DNA from: Candidatus Hermodarchaeota archaeon
GTDB taxonomy: Archaea; Asgardarchaeota; Hermodarchaeia; Hermodarchaeales; Hermodarchaeaceae
Direction: 5' to 3'
NCBI GenBank assembly: GCA_016840065.1
Contig: JAEOTB010000115.1
Location: 1-51,111, forward strand
DNA: 51,111 nt
Within the stretch, counting starts at the first letter, position 1; every line of letters starts with the position of its first letter. This document shows, one piece after another, positions 27,991-37,082 of this stretch. The notes below the pieces were generated by a model. That model saw only the letters and a list, made by a program, of their open reading frames with translations, was not told where the DNA came from and made no database searches. A program made the translations under genes and the position numbers.

Positions 27991-28629
27991 CTATACACCC
28001 CCTTCCAAGGAGCCCTCGAGCTCGTCAGATGGTACAGTGCCAACGGGGACCTTGGGGAGATATGTGCACCATTCTACGCGTTCTAGCTGTAATGCATCAC
28101 TTTCGTTTGAGCGGCGCAGCATGTAGACCTTGAAGAAACGGCTGAGAGGATCTATGAGGAAGAAAACATTACCTTCCGCACAAAAAGGGGTTTTAAAAAA
28201 TGTGTTAAGGTCGGTGGAGGAGAACTGAGGATTGCCGCCGAATGGATGAGAATGCCATAGACCAATGACTCGAGGCGTATGTGGATTTGACCCGTACCTA
28301 TCATGTAAGGCTAACCTGTATTCCAGGATTCCCTCCGGGGTGAACCTGGCATAGGTCATGCTCGATTCCACTTGTCCTGTTGCCCAATCTGTCACCCTGA
28401 CATATTTTGTGCCTTGCCATTGACGACGAAAACCGAGAATCACCCCAAGTGCCTCATGCGGGGGTTTGCGTTGCGCCTCTCGTAGACAATAGTCGAAGAT
28501 GTCCTGACAAGTCCGTTCGTAAATATAGACTGGGTAGACCGTGTCCTCTGATAGCGCATCCTTTTCTTTTGTCTGTGTTTCTGGAGGTGGTTGAGATGGG
28601 GCTCGGTCTGGCAAATTCCTCTTCTCCAT
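27991..28629 (-). CDS. JAB/MPN+ (JAMM) metallopeptidase
   Basis: E59 (HEALG) and WHSHP-x-SSTD (H126, H128, S137, D140). Confidence 0.9.
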   Translation of the reverse strand: MEKRNLPDRAPSQPPPETQTKEKDALSEDTVYPVYIYERTCQDIFDYCLREAQRKPPHEALGVILGFRRQWQGTKYVRVTDWATGQVESSMTYARFTPEGILEYRLALHDRYGSNPHTPRVIGLWHSHPFGGNPQFSSTDLNTFFKTPFCAEGNVFFLIDPLSRFFKVYMLRRSNESDALQLERVEWCTYLPKVPVGTVPSDELEGSLEGGV

Positions 28630-30095
28630 CAGTTCTCTTTGTTCCCTAATCTAGTGCTCCAAGGGTAACGTTGCATTATGTTATCTATTAGCCGGTTCAC
28701 TTTCTCCTCTTCTGATGTTTCAGAATAAGCCAAGAATATTACTTGACCGCCACGGCTTCGCTTCATCTTCTGATATATCGTCTTGGTGGTGTTCACTACA
28801 TCGCAGATTATTAGGAGGTCGGTTTCTGGGAGGTCGAGGTCGCGTTCGCCGACAGGAGAGAGGATGATTGCCGCTGGGGGTTGGGCTGCTTTGAACTCCG
28901 CTAGTACTGCTTGTTTATCTCTGGTTCGTCCAGTAAGGGTAAAGGACTGTACTCCAGCCCTGCTGAGGAGACGGTTGACCTCAGAAACAACATGGAGATA
29001 TGAGCTGATGATAACGGTTTTACCACTCATATTTACGAGCTGGCAGACCTTGAGGGCCTTTGGTGTGACCTTTGGCCATTCACTCTGAATTCGCTCGACA
29101 TCAATCTGAGGTGCGAGAGCTGGGTGGTGAAGAAACCTACGGAAGCTGCTAACCGCCATGCCGTAGAGATACTTACGAATCATTAGCAGACCCGAATAGC
29201 GTTGAGCCAGCTCTTCAGAGATTGGCAGCTCGTCAAGGACAAGGTGGAGAAGACGGACTGACTCGGGTAAAGCGTCAGATTCGATGTCTCTTTCCTCTCT
29301 CACTATCTGATATATTTCATCCCTAGTTGACTTGATTAAGGCGTCCAATACAAGGGAAATCGCCTTGATGAGGTTGTCCTGAACCGCTACGACATTGATT
29401 ACTGTTGGCTCAATGTAGTCCTCCACATCGGAGCCGCTCAGCTCATCCATGGAGATTACTTCCGCCCTAGGGATGAACTGACTAAGCGTTTTCAGCTCCT
29501 CTCGTATCTGAAGTTGAGCATTATCAAGGACCACATGATCATCACGGAGCGTACCCGACATCCCTATTATCCAGCGATCCTTGAAGAACTCAAGTAGATA
29601 GCTCCAAGGTTGTACTAGAACGTTCTGCCGCCCCACACGACGAAGAATAGTGTCAACCTCGTTTATTACAAGGGCATCAAATTGCTGGGGCGTGAATTCT
29701 CCTCTTTTCAGTATGTTAGTGAGTACCCTCGCAGTACACAATACCACCCTCGATTTTTCCAGCATCCACCGCCGTTGCCGACCCTGCACTCGTTGGGTCA
29801 TTGCCCCCAGCCCTGAAACCCCTCCATACTCCTTCTCTAAATATTGAGCTGTTTCTTGCAGCGAGGAAGTGGAATTCACTGTCAAGATGAAGCGCGTTTC
29901 AGGAAACAGCTCCGAGACGAGTTTGTAGGTAAGAACACGTTTCCCTAACCCGCAATCCAATTCAATGAGTATGTTCTTGTCTCGATTTTCCTTGATGCGC
30001 CGAAGAATGTATTCTTGGTATCCCCGTAAGTCTAGTTTGCTAGTTCCTGGTGAAGCAGGTTTTGAGGGAGACCTTCGGGGTTGTGGCATCATCAT
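28629..30095 (-). CDS. SF2 Hef/FANCM-like helicase with degenerate ATPase motifs
   Basis: LRGYQ, DCGLGKR, INEVD, GMSGT, SPVGERDLDLPETDLLI and YQKMKRSR. One-base overlap with the JAB start. Confidence 0.75.
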   Translation of the reverse strand: MMMPQPRRSPSKPASPGTSKLDLRGYQEYILRRIKENRDKNILIELDCGLGKRVLTYKLVSELFPETRFILTVNSTSSLQETAQYLEKEYGGVSGLGAMTQRVQGRQRRWMLEKSRVVLCTARVLTNILKRGEFTPQQFDALVINEVDTILRRVGRQNVLVQPWSYLLEFFKDRWIIGMSGTLRDDHVVLDNAQLQIREELKTLSQFIPRAEVISMDELSGSDVEDYIEPTVINVVAVQDNLIKAISLVLDALIKSTRDEIYQIVREERDIESDALPESVRLLHLVLDELPISEELAQRYSGLLMIRKYLYGMAVSSFRRFLHHPALAPQIDVERIQSEWPKVTPKALKVCQLVNMSGKTVIISSYLHVVSEVNRLLSRAGVQSFTLTGRTRDKQAVLAEFKAAQPPAAIILSPVGERDLDLPETDLLIICDVVNTTKTIYQKMKRSRGGQVIFLAYSETSEEEKVNRLIDNIMQRYPWSTRLGNKEN

Positions 30096-30113
30096 ATACC
30101 TAGTTCGATTTTA

Positions 30114-30788
30114 CTAGAAAAGGGAACCGATTTCGGCTATGGAGTTTAAGATGTGGTGGGCAAAGGGTTCTAGGTCTTCTCTTCCAGCAAAGCCCGTTAA
30201 AACTCCTATCGTTGTGAAGCCCAGATCCTTTGCTGCTTTCAATTCACCAGGAGTATCGCCTGCTACCCAAACATCGCCTTGATGGTCTAGACCCTGGAGT
30301 GCCAAATGTATAAGGCGGCGGCGATGTGGTACAAAGGGGAGTAGAGGAATTTTGTCAACTCCTTCAGCGCGAGCAAGGTCACCCCGGGTAAAAACGGATT
30401 CAAAGAGCCGGTCAAGACCCAACCGACGAACCTCCTTCTGAGTTGTGTCTATGTGTCGCCGGGAGGTGATTAGGCGCATTGTTTTTGTCATAGTGCGTAG
30501 TTTCTCAAGAGCTTCAAGGGTACCAGGAAAAAGCTCTGAATGCCTCCAATCGCTATAGAAGTAATCAGATATCATCTTGTTATACTTACTGAACTCGACA
30601 GATGAAAGGCTAATATTCAGGCTGGTCAATAGCTGCTTTGTACGCAACATAGCTAAGGATAAGGAGCGAAGCCGTTCCAAGCTAATTTCATGACCAAAAT
30701 GATGGAGTGCTGTTTGGTGAGCGTGAACTAGACGTTCTCTGATGTCAATCAATGTTCCGTCTAGATCCGAAAGGAAAACACGCATCAT
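30114..30788 (-). CDS. HAD-superfamily hydrolase
   Basis: DLDGT, ITSR and GDT..E..AA..G..TIGV.TG motifs. Confidence 0.9.
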   Translation of the reverse strand: MMRVFLSDLDGTLIDIRERLVHAHQTALHHFGHEISLERLRSLSLAMLRTKQLLTSLNISLSSVEFSKYNKMISDYFYSDWRHSELFPGTLEALEKLRTMTKTMRLITSRRHIDTTQKEVRRLGLDRLFESVFTRGDLARAEGVDKIPLLPFVPHRRRLIHLALQGLDHQGDVWVAGDTPGELKAAKDLGFTTIGVLTGFAGREDLEPFAHHILNSIAEIGSLF

Positions 30789-30937
30789 CTATCAATCTCT
30801 TCTATGACTCTTGATGTACTGCATGACAGCAAGTCATCGCTGTTAAAGTTTTCTTGCCAAACTAGGCTTTCTCAGCAATTCCTAGATAGATATAAATTAT
30901 TTAAAATCCCAAGGTCAAGAGGGAAGTAAAGAACAGG

Positions 30938-31177
30938 ATGGAATATGATTTGCTGTCAATGGATCTAGTTCCAGCTAAAATTGAAATCTGCCAGTATCTT
31001 AAGGGTCGAGAACGTGCAACCTTGACTGAAATTCGTGGAGGCATTAAGACCCGACATCCCCTGATATTTGTGCTCGCGCTTTCTGAGCTAGAGCGAGAGG
31101 GTGCAGTTCTGAACACAGAAGGAGGGTCCTTCTGGACGATAAACTCTCCCTTCGCAGATAAGTATCTTCAACAATAA
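30938..31177 (+). CDS. Small winged-helix protein
   Basis: ICQYLK...ATLTEI...LALSELEREGAV...FWTI. Confidence 0.55.
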   Translation: MEYDLLSMDLVPAKIEICQYLKGRERATLTEIRGGIKTRHPLIFVLALSELEREGAVLNTEGGSFWTINSPFADKYLQQ

Positions 31178-31199
31178 CAGTTGAATGTGATACTATGTT

Positions 31200-31874
31200 T
31201 TAGTCGATTACCTGTTCTAGGTCAGCTGCAGAATCTAGAATGTGGTCCGCGAAAGGTTCTATATCCTTCCTTTTTGCAAAGCCTGAAAGGACTCCGATAG
31301 TTTTGAATCCTAGAGTTTTTCCTGCCTCTAGCTCCCTAGGAGTGTCACCGAGAATCCACACTTTTTTATATTTCTTTAGATCGCTCAAGGCCAGTTTGAT
31401 TAAGCGCTGGCGGTGAGCCAAAAAAGGATAGAGGGGAATTTCCTCAACGCCTTCAGCTATAGCTAGATCGCCACGTGTGAAAAACTTGTCAAAGATATGC
31501 TCTATTCCAAAGTATCGGACTTCGAGGCGTGTTTCCCTGATTCGACGCCGGCTTGTGATGAGCCGCATTGCCTTGAGCTTCGGACGAACCGCTTCAAGTG
31601 CATCTACAACTCCAGGAATCATACGAGATTGTCTCCAATTCGAAAAGAATTCGTCATCGATCCGCTGTGCGTAGTGCTGAAGGTCTTGGGGAGAGAGTTC
31701 TATCCCAAGAACTTTTGTCAAATCCTCCACGTTAAGGCTGACGTTATAGTGGGCCATTAGCTGGTCAAAGTTAACATCAATACCTAGACTGCGAAGGGTC
31801 GTGACTAGAGCTTTGGTGAATCGTTTACGGACATCAAGGAGAGTTCCATCAAAGTCCGAAACAAGCACCGACAA
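31200..31874 (-). CDS. HAD-superfamily hydrolase (paralogue of 30114-30788)
   Basis: DFDGT, MRLITSRR, FTRGDLA.AEGV and GDTP.EL motifs. Confidence 0.9.
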   Translation of the reverse strand: MSVLVSDFDGTLLDVRKRFTKALVTTLRSLGIDVNFDQLMAHYNVSLNVEDLTKVLGIELSPQDLQHYAQRIDDEFFSNWRQSRMIPGVVDALEAVRPKLKAMRLITSRRRIRETRLEVRYFGIEHIFDKFFTRGDLAIAEGVEEIPLYPFLAHRQRLIKLALSDLKKYKKVWILGDTPRELEAGKTLGFKTIGVLSGFAKRKDIEPFADHILDSAADLEQVID

Positions 31875-31891
31875 TTCAAGAATCCTCCCAG

Positions 31892-33274
31892 CTAGATTGG
31901 GGGCTTTGGAATGAAGCCCTTCTCCATGAGCAGCTGAGTCTGGTCGATGGAGGCTTTTATGATGCGGCGGGCATTCTCCAGCAACTCCTTCTCATCCCGC
32001 TCAACACGAGCTACTCCAGTCTCGATAGCTTTCATTGCGACTGCTACCGCCTCCCGTGGAAAGAGTTCCCATTCGTCCATTTTCGGAATGATGTAGTCTT
32101 TTCGTAGCCCTTTCTCCTCAGCGAAATCTGCTAGTGATTGGGCCGCTGCGATACACATCTGGTCGGAAATAGTTCTTGCCTGCACGTCCAGTGCTCCCCG
32201 GAAAATAGCGGGGAATCCAAGACTGTTGTTTACCTGATTGGGGAAGTCGCTGCGTCCTGTACCAACAATACGAGCACCAGCCTCCTTAGCCTCCCATGGC
32301 CAGATTTCAGGTAAGGGATTTGCTAGTGTGAACACGATGGAGTCAGAGGCCATAGAAGAGACCCACTCCTTTCTGATGATGCCAGGCTCAGGCTTGGACG
32401 CACTAATACAGACATCAGCGCCGCGCATCGCCTCACCGAATTCACCAGACTGCCCCTCCTTGTTAGTCATCATCGCCAAGTTATACTTATCATGCTCCTT
32501 TAACTTGACAGCGTCCATGTCATAACGGTCCTTATAGAGAAGCCCCAAGCGGTCACACATAATGATGTTCCCAGGGGGAACACCAGCAGCAATCAGAATA
32601 TGGGCTGTAGCAACATTAGCCGCACCCACCCCTAACATAGCAATCTGAACCTGATCTAACGCCTTCCCAACAAACTTCAAGGCACCCATCAAACCTGCTA
32701 GTGTGATTGCTGCAGTGCCCTGCGCATCGTCGTGCCAGCATGGTATATCCAATTCCGCACGTAACCTGCGGAGAATGCCGAAGCATTTTGGTTTGGCAAT
32801 ATCCTCAAGGTTAATTCCGCCGAAGCTAGGACGTAAGAATTTGACCGTCTTGATGATTTCCTCAGGATCTTGGGTGTCAAGAACAACAGGAACCGCGTCT
32901 ACGCCGCCAAAATACTTGAAAATCAAAGCCTTTCCCTCCATGACTGGGAGTGCTGCCTCTGGACCGATGTTTCCAAGACCTAGTACTCGACTGCCATCAG
33001 AGACGACGGCGATTAAGTTACCACGGTTGGTGTGTTTCCAGACCTTATCGTGATCAGTTCGTATGTCGAGGCAGGGCTTGGCTACGCCTGGTGTGTACCA
33101 AATCGAAAAATCTTGGTATCCGCGGATGGCGCATTTGGGAACTGTCTGGATTTTTCCGCGGTAGAAGGGGTGTAGGATCATGGCGTCCTTTCCTGGCTGT
33201 TTAGCCTTTTCGAGTAGTTCTTCCTTTGTTGGTGGGCGTGTAGCTTTTGTTTTTGGGCGTGTAGATTTAGCCAA
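31892..33274 (-). CDS. NAD(P)-dependent malic enzyme
   Basis: YTPGVA, DGSRVLGLGNIG, PVMEGKA, INLEDI, HDDAQGT and TGRSDFPNQVNN. Confidence 0.96.
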   Translation of the reverse strand: MAKSTRPKTKATRPPTKEELLEKAKQPGKDAMILHPFYRGKIQTVPKCAIRGYQDFSIWYTPGVAKPCLDIRTDHDKVWKHTNRGNLIAVVSDGSRVLGLGNIGPEAALPVMEGKALIFKYFGGVDAVPVVLDTQDPEEIIKTVKFLRPSFGGINLEDIAKPKCFGILRRLRAELDIPCWHDDAQGTAAITLAGLMGALKFVGKALDQVQIAMLGVGAANVATAHILIAAGVPPGNIIMCDRLGLLYKDRYDMDAVKLKEHDKYNLAMMTNKEGQSGEFGEAMRGADVCISASKPEPGIIRKEWVSSMASDSIVFTLANPLPEIWPWEAKEAGARIVGTGRSDFPNQVNNSLGFPAIFRGALDVQARTISDQMCIAAAQSLADFAEEKGLRKDYIIPKMDEWELFPREAVAVAMKAIETGVARVERDEKELLENARRIIKASIDQTQLLMEKGFIPKPPI

Positions 33275-33381
33275 TACATTGACCTCAAGAGTGGTGCTAT
33301 TCCCTCTTTCGGGGATTTTCGGGTTACTAGAAACCAGTTAAGGGTCTTTCTGTCCTTCAAGCTTTCATTGAATGCAATTCT

Positions 33382-34035
33382 TTAGAAGAAGGAGAATCTT
33401 TCTTGGGCTTTTGATGTGGTGTCGCATTTTGTTCGTTTTTCTGTGATTTTATTCCACATTGCCCGTGTGATGAGTTGGAAGATTTCGGTGATTCCTATAT
33501 CATCTTTAGCGCTGGAGGCATTGTAGCTTACAAGGTTGTGTTTGTTGACGAGTTCTTTTGCGAGTTCGTCGTCGAAACATGCGATGTCGCATTTCGTCCC
33601 GACCAATATAACTGGGATGTCGTTTGTGTGTTTGCGTACGAGTTCAAGCCACTCCTCTAGGTTGAAGAATGTTCTAGGTCTGGCAGAGTCGAAGGCGAGA
33701 ATGCAGCCATGAGATCCTTCACAGAATCTTGGAACGAGGAACCGGAAACGCTCCTCGCCAGCGAAATCCCAAATAGAGAGTGTGATTCTTTCACCATCTA
33801 GTGCCACATCTTTAATTGCAAACCCAGTTCCAATGGTCATTTGACTTGGTATGTAGGATCCACATACGAACCGGTTGATCATTGTTGTTTTACCGACACC
33901 ACCATCCCCTAGTAGCATCAGCTTGAAAATCGCTTTTCGTTCTTTTGCTGATTCAGTCTTGGATTCCGAACCTCCATTCAAACCGGTCACCAAGGAGTGT
34001 ACAGATAACTCCATCTGTTCTAACGATTGCGGCAT
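33382..34035 (-). CDS. Rab-like small GTPase
   Basis: G1 GDGGVGKT, G2 TIG, G3 WDFAGEERFR, G4 TKCD and G5 SAK. Confidence 0.92.
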   Translation of the reverse strand: MPQSLEQMELSVHSLVTGLNGGSESKTESAKERKAIFKLMLLGDGGVGKTTMINRFVCGSYIPSQMTIGTGFAIKDVALDGERITLSIWDFAGEERFRFLVPRFCEGSHGCILAFDSARPRTFFNLEEWLELVRKHTNDIPVILVGTKCDIACFDDELAKELVNKHNLVSYNASSAKDDIGITEIFQLITRAMWNKITEKRTKCDTTSKAQERFSFF

Positions 34036-34087
34036 CGTAAAAAGTTAACTAATACGCTTTGTGTGTTGGTGAGCAAACGTTGGTGTG

Positions 34088-34864
34088 CTACTTTCGGGTT
34101 GCGCGGTTTGCGATCAGCGCTGCCAAGGCTCCTGCACCTACACCGTTGTCGATGTTCACGACAGCCAATCCTAGGGAGCAGGATTGGAGCATGGAAATCA
34201 GGGCACCTAGCCCCTCAGCACCGAGTCCGTAGCCTGTGCTGACTGGAAGTCCGATTACAGGGATATCCACCAACCCTGTTACTAGAGAGGGGAGTGCTCC
34301 TTCCATTCCTGCTGCTACGATTAATACTTCGATTCCTTTGCCTATCATTTCAGTGAGTTCAGGGAATAGACGGTGAACCCCTGCGATTCCTACATCATGT
34401 GCTGTGTAGACTTTGCAACCCATCTGCTCTGCCATGACCCGAGCTTGTTCAGCTACACGACGGTCTGAGGTGCCTGCAGCCACGATGCCCACTTTTCCTC
34501 CAGTTTGGGGAGGTTTGTAACCTTTGTGGCTCACTACTGCGATGGAGCCGTCGCCGAAAACTTCTAGGGTAGCGTCCTTGCTAAGTTTTGACCGGAGCGC
34601 GTTCTCCTGCTCAGGCGATAAGTGGCTGATTAAGAGACACGACTTCTCCTTTAAGGCGTGGGTAATGATCTGGATTATGTCCTCCTTGGTTTTGTGTCTA
34701 GCCCATACAACCTCTGGAATACCCTTTCGGGTTTCTCTGTGGGCGTCGAGTTTTGCCAAGCGCCCGATTTCGATGATGTTAAAGAGGCGAAGCTTCTCCT
34801 CAGCCTCGTCCACAGTAAATTTGCCTTGGGCGAGCTGCTCCAGTACATCCCGTAACTCAGTCAT
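34088..34864 (-). CDS. larB: Nickel-pincer cofactor biosynthesis protein LarB
   Basis: R..RKGIPEVV, AGTSD, DVGIAGVHRL, AGMEGALPS, PVSTGYG and VVNIDNG. Confidence 0.92.
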   Translation of the reverse strand: MTELRDVLEQLAQGKFTVDEAEEKLRLFNIIEIGRLAKLDAHRETRKGIPEVVWARHKTKEDIIQIITHALKEKSCLLISHLSPEQENALRSKLSKDATLEVFGDGSIAVVSHKGYKPPQTGGKVGIVAAGTSDRRVAEQARVMAEQMGCKVYTAHDVGIAGVHRLFPELTEMIGKGIEVLIVAAGMEGALPSLVTGLVDIPVIGLPVSTGYGLGAEGLGALISMLQSCSLGLAVVNIDNGVGAGALAALIANRATRK

Positions 34865-34923
34865 GGCATAAATCACTGCTCTCCCTAGAAGAAGCATCAC
34901 ATTAAATATTCAATGGTGCCTAG

Positions 34924-36246
34924 GTGAAGCTGTCGATTTGGGTGAGAACTGTGGATTCGCGAGTCTTGGTCATTGACGCTCAGATGGCGGGTATCGCGGG
35001 AGACATGTTCGTTGCATCGATGATTGATTTAGGGGCTGAAGCTGATGCAGTTGTTGCGGCGATGGAGGCATCAACCCGTTATGTGCCAGATGTGAAGAGT
35101 GTCCGTGTAACCCCAAAACCTGTTGAGCGTAGTCACATTGGTGGGTTGTACCTTGATATGCAGATAGAAGAGTCCTACAAGACACGTTCTGGTAGCGTTC
35201 TCCTTGAAGCGGTACAAGCTATGACTAAGGATTTGAAGCTCTCTTCGGAGGCTTCCGCTTATGCTCACAGAGCAATTGACATTCTTGTTCAGGCTGAGGC
35301 ATCAGTTCATCGCCACACTCCTGAAAGTGTACATCTACACGCAGCAGGGTCCGTAGATACTGTAGCAGATATTATCGGTGCTGCGACGGCTCTAGACTCA
35401 CTCAAACTAGCTGTTTCTAAAACCACTTCTTATTATTCGCTTCCAATTGCTGTTGGTGGAGGAACATTTCCCAGTAGCCATGGGCGTCTTGCAGCTCCAG
35501 GTCCTGCTGTGACGAGGATTTGTAAGGAAGCTAGGCTATTGTTAAGGGGAGGTCCCTTGGAACGAGAACTGGCTACACCAACAGGTGTTTCCCTTGTTGC
35601 TGCCTTGATTCCCGAGTCGACTCCAGTGTATCCTGCGCTCCGCCCTATCTCAATAGGGTATGGCGCTGGTACAGCCGAATTGAAGAATGTACCAAACTTG
35701 CTCAAAATGGTAGTTGGTGAACCACTTACACCGCGTCGGCTACTCCAAGATCGGGTTGTCGTGATAGAAACCAATGTTGACGATATCTCAGGAGAGACAC
35801 TGGGTTTTGTGATTGAACAGCTAATGGCAGCTGGGGCCAAAGATGTTACAGTACTACCAACAGTGACGAAGAAGAGTCGCCCCGGCCACTTGATATCAGT
35901 AATTGTCTCCCCTGAGGATGAGGTGCGGCTTGCCCAGCTACTCATCAAAGAGACTGGGAGCCTTGGCGTCCGTATTACCTCCTGTGATCGACATCTCCTC
36001 GCCCGTGAATTACTACATGTTCAGATTTCACTTGGAGAAAGGGAAGAGAGTATCCGAGTCAAGGTTGCTACTGACAGGACAGGAGCAATCCTCCAAGTAA
36101 AAGCGGAGTATGATGATGTTAGGCGTGCCGCCCTTGCCACGGGTAAATCTTTGACGGTGATTTCAAGACTTGCAGAATCTGCTGCTAGACAAAAGATTGC
36201 TGAAAAGGAAGGTAAGACACAACGCAGAAGGAGAAGAAAGGCATGA
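34924..36246 (+). CDS. larC: Nickel insertion protein LarC
   Basis: GIAGDM, EA.VH...VHLH..G..D, HG....P.PA, TPTG, ETNVDD, KK.RPG, ETGSLGVR and EYDD. Confidence 0.92.
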   Translation: MKLSIWVRTVDSRVLVIDAQMAGIAGDMFVASMIDLGAEADAVVAAMEASTRYVPDVKSVRVTPKPVERSHIGGLYLDMQIEESYKTRSGSVLLEAVQAMTKDLKLSSEASAYAHRAIDILVQAEASVHRHTPESVHLHAAGSVDTVADIIGAATALDSLKLAVSKTTSYYSLPIAVGGGTFPSSHGRLAAPGPAVTRICKEARLLLRGGPLERELATPTGVSLVAALIPESTPVYPALRPISIGYGAGTAELKNVPNLLKMVVGEPLTPRRLLQDRVVVIETNVDDISGETLGFVIEQLMAAGAKDVTVLPTVTKKSRPGHLISVIVSPEDEVRLAQLLIKETGSLGVRITSCDRHLLARELLHVQISLGEREESIRVKVATDRTGAILQVKAEYDDVRRAALATGKSLTVISRLAESAARQKIAEKEGKTQRRRRRKA

Positions 36247-37064
36247 GCAGTAACACCTTGAGTGAAAAACTCAGTGAGAAACGAGCAGCTGTTATCCAGC
36301 GCCTCAAAAAGCTGGGTAGTGTCTTGGTTGCCCTTTCGGGTGGCGTGGACAGCGCGGTGGTAGCAGCCCTTGCTTTTGAAGCTCTAGGTGACAAGGCGAT
36401 CGCTGCAACCTTTGAATCACCCCTCACACCACCTGGTGAGCTAGAGGATGCTATTGCCTGTGTTCGTGTTATAGGCATCCGTCATCGGGTCGAGAAAAGC
36501 GACGAGGTCTCTATAGCATCCATTGCAGATAACCCCAGAGACCGTTGCTTCTATTGTAAACAGTATCGTTTCCAACAAGCGCTAGACTTGGCTAAAGAAT
36601 TAGGTTTAGCAGCAGTGGTTGATGGTACCACTCTTAGTGATATGGGTGAGCACCGTCCAGGTCTTCGCGCCATGGAAACTCTTGGCATCATAAGTCCACT
36701 TCTCGAAGCCCAGATTACGAAAAAAGAAGCCAGGCAGTTGGCTCGTCAGTTGGGTCTTCCAGTTGCCGACAAACCATCCAACAGCTGCCTTGCCACACGA
36801 ATTCCCTACGGAGAACCACTAACACACAAACGGCTCCAACGTATAGCAGCCGCAGAACAGGCAGTGCGTCAACTGGTCGGTGTTAAAGCACTTCGCGTCA
36901 GAGACCATGGAGAACTCGCTCGCATCGAAGTAGCTCCTGTAGACCGTTCTCGCTTTGTCGACACCAAGATAGCAGAGCTTTTAGTAAAGGAGCTGCAGGC
37001 TATCGGCTTCAAATATGTGACACTAGATCTCAAAGGATACCGCTTTGGAAGTTTTGACGAATAA
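36243..37064 (+). CDS. larE: ATP-dependent sulfur transferase LarE
   Basis: SGGVDS PP-loop, RCFYCK, RPG, CLATRIPYG and RVRDHG. Confidence 0.92.
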   Translation: MSSNTLSEKLSEKRAAVIQRLKKLGSVLVALSGGVDSAVVAALAFEALGDKAIAATFESPLTPPGELEDAIACVRVIGIRHRVEKSDEVSIASIADNPRDRCFYCKQYRFQQALDLAKELGLAAVVDGTTLSDMGEHRPGLRAMETLGIISPLLEAQITKKEARQLARQLGLPVADKPSNSCLATRIPYGEPLTHKRLQRIAAAEQAVRQLVGVKALRVRDHGELARIEVAPVDRSRFVDTKIAELLVKELQAIGFKYVTLDLKGYRFGSFDE

Positions 37065-37082
37065 CCATCACTGCGAGTGCGG

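Noticed and set aside
33382-33440. Prenylation signal on the GTPase
   Set aside because: The Cys lies 13 residues before the C-terminal residue, so it is not a CaaX, CC or CxC motif.
34088-34864. purE
   Set aside because: LarB-specific N-domain and motifs, and adjacency to larC and larE.
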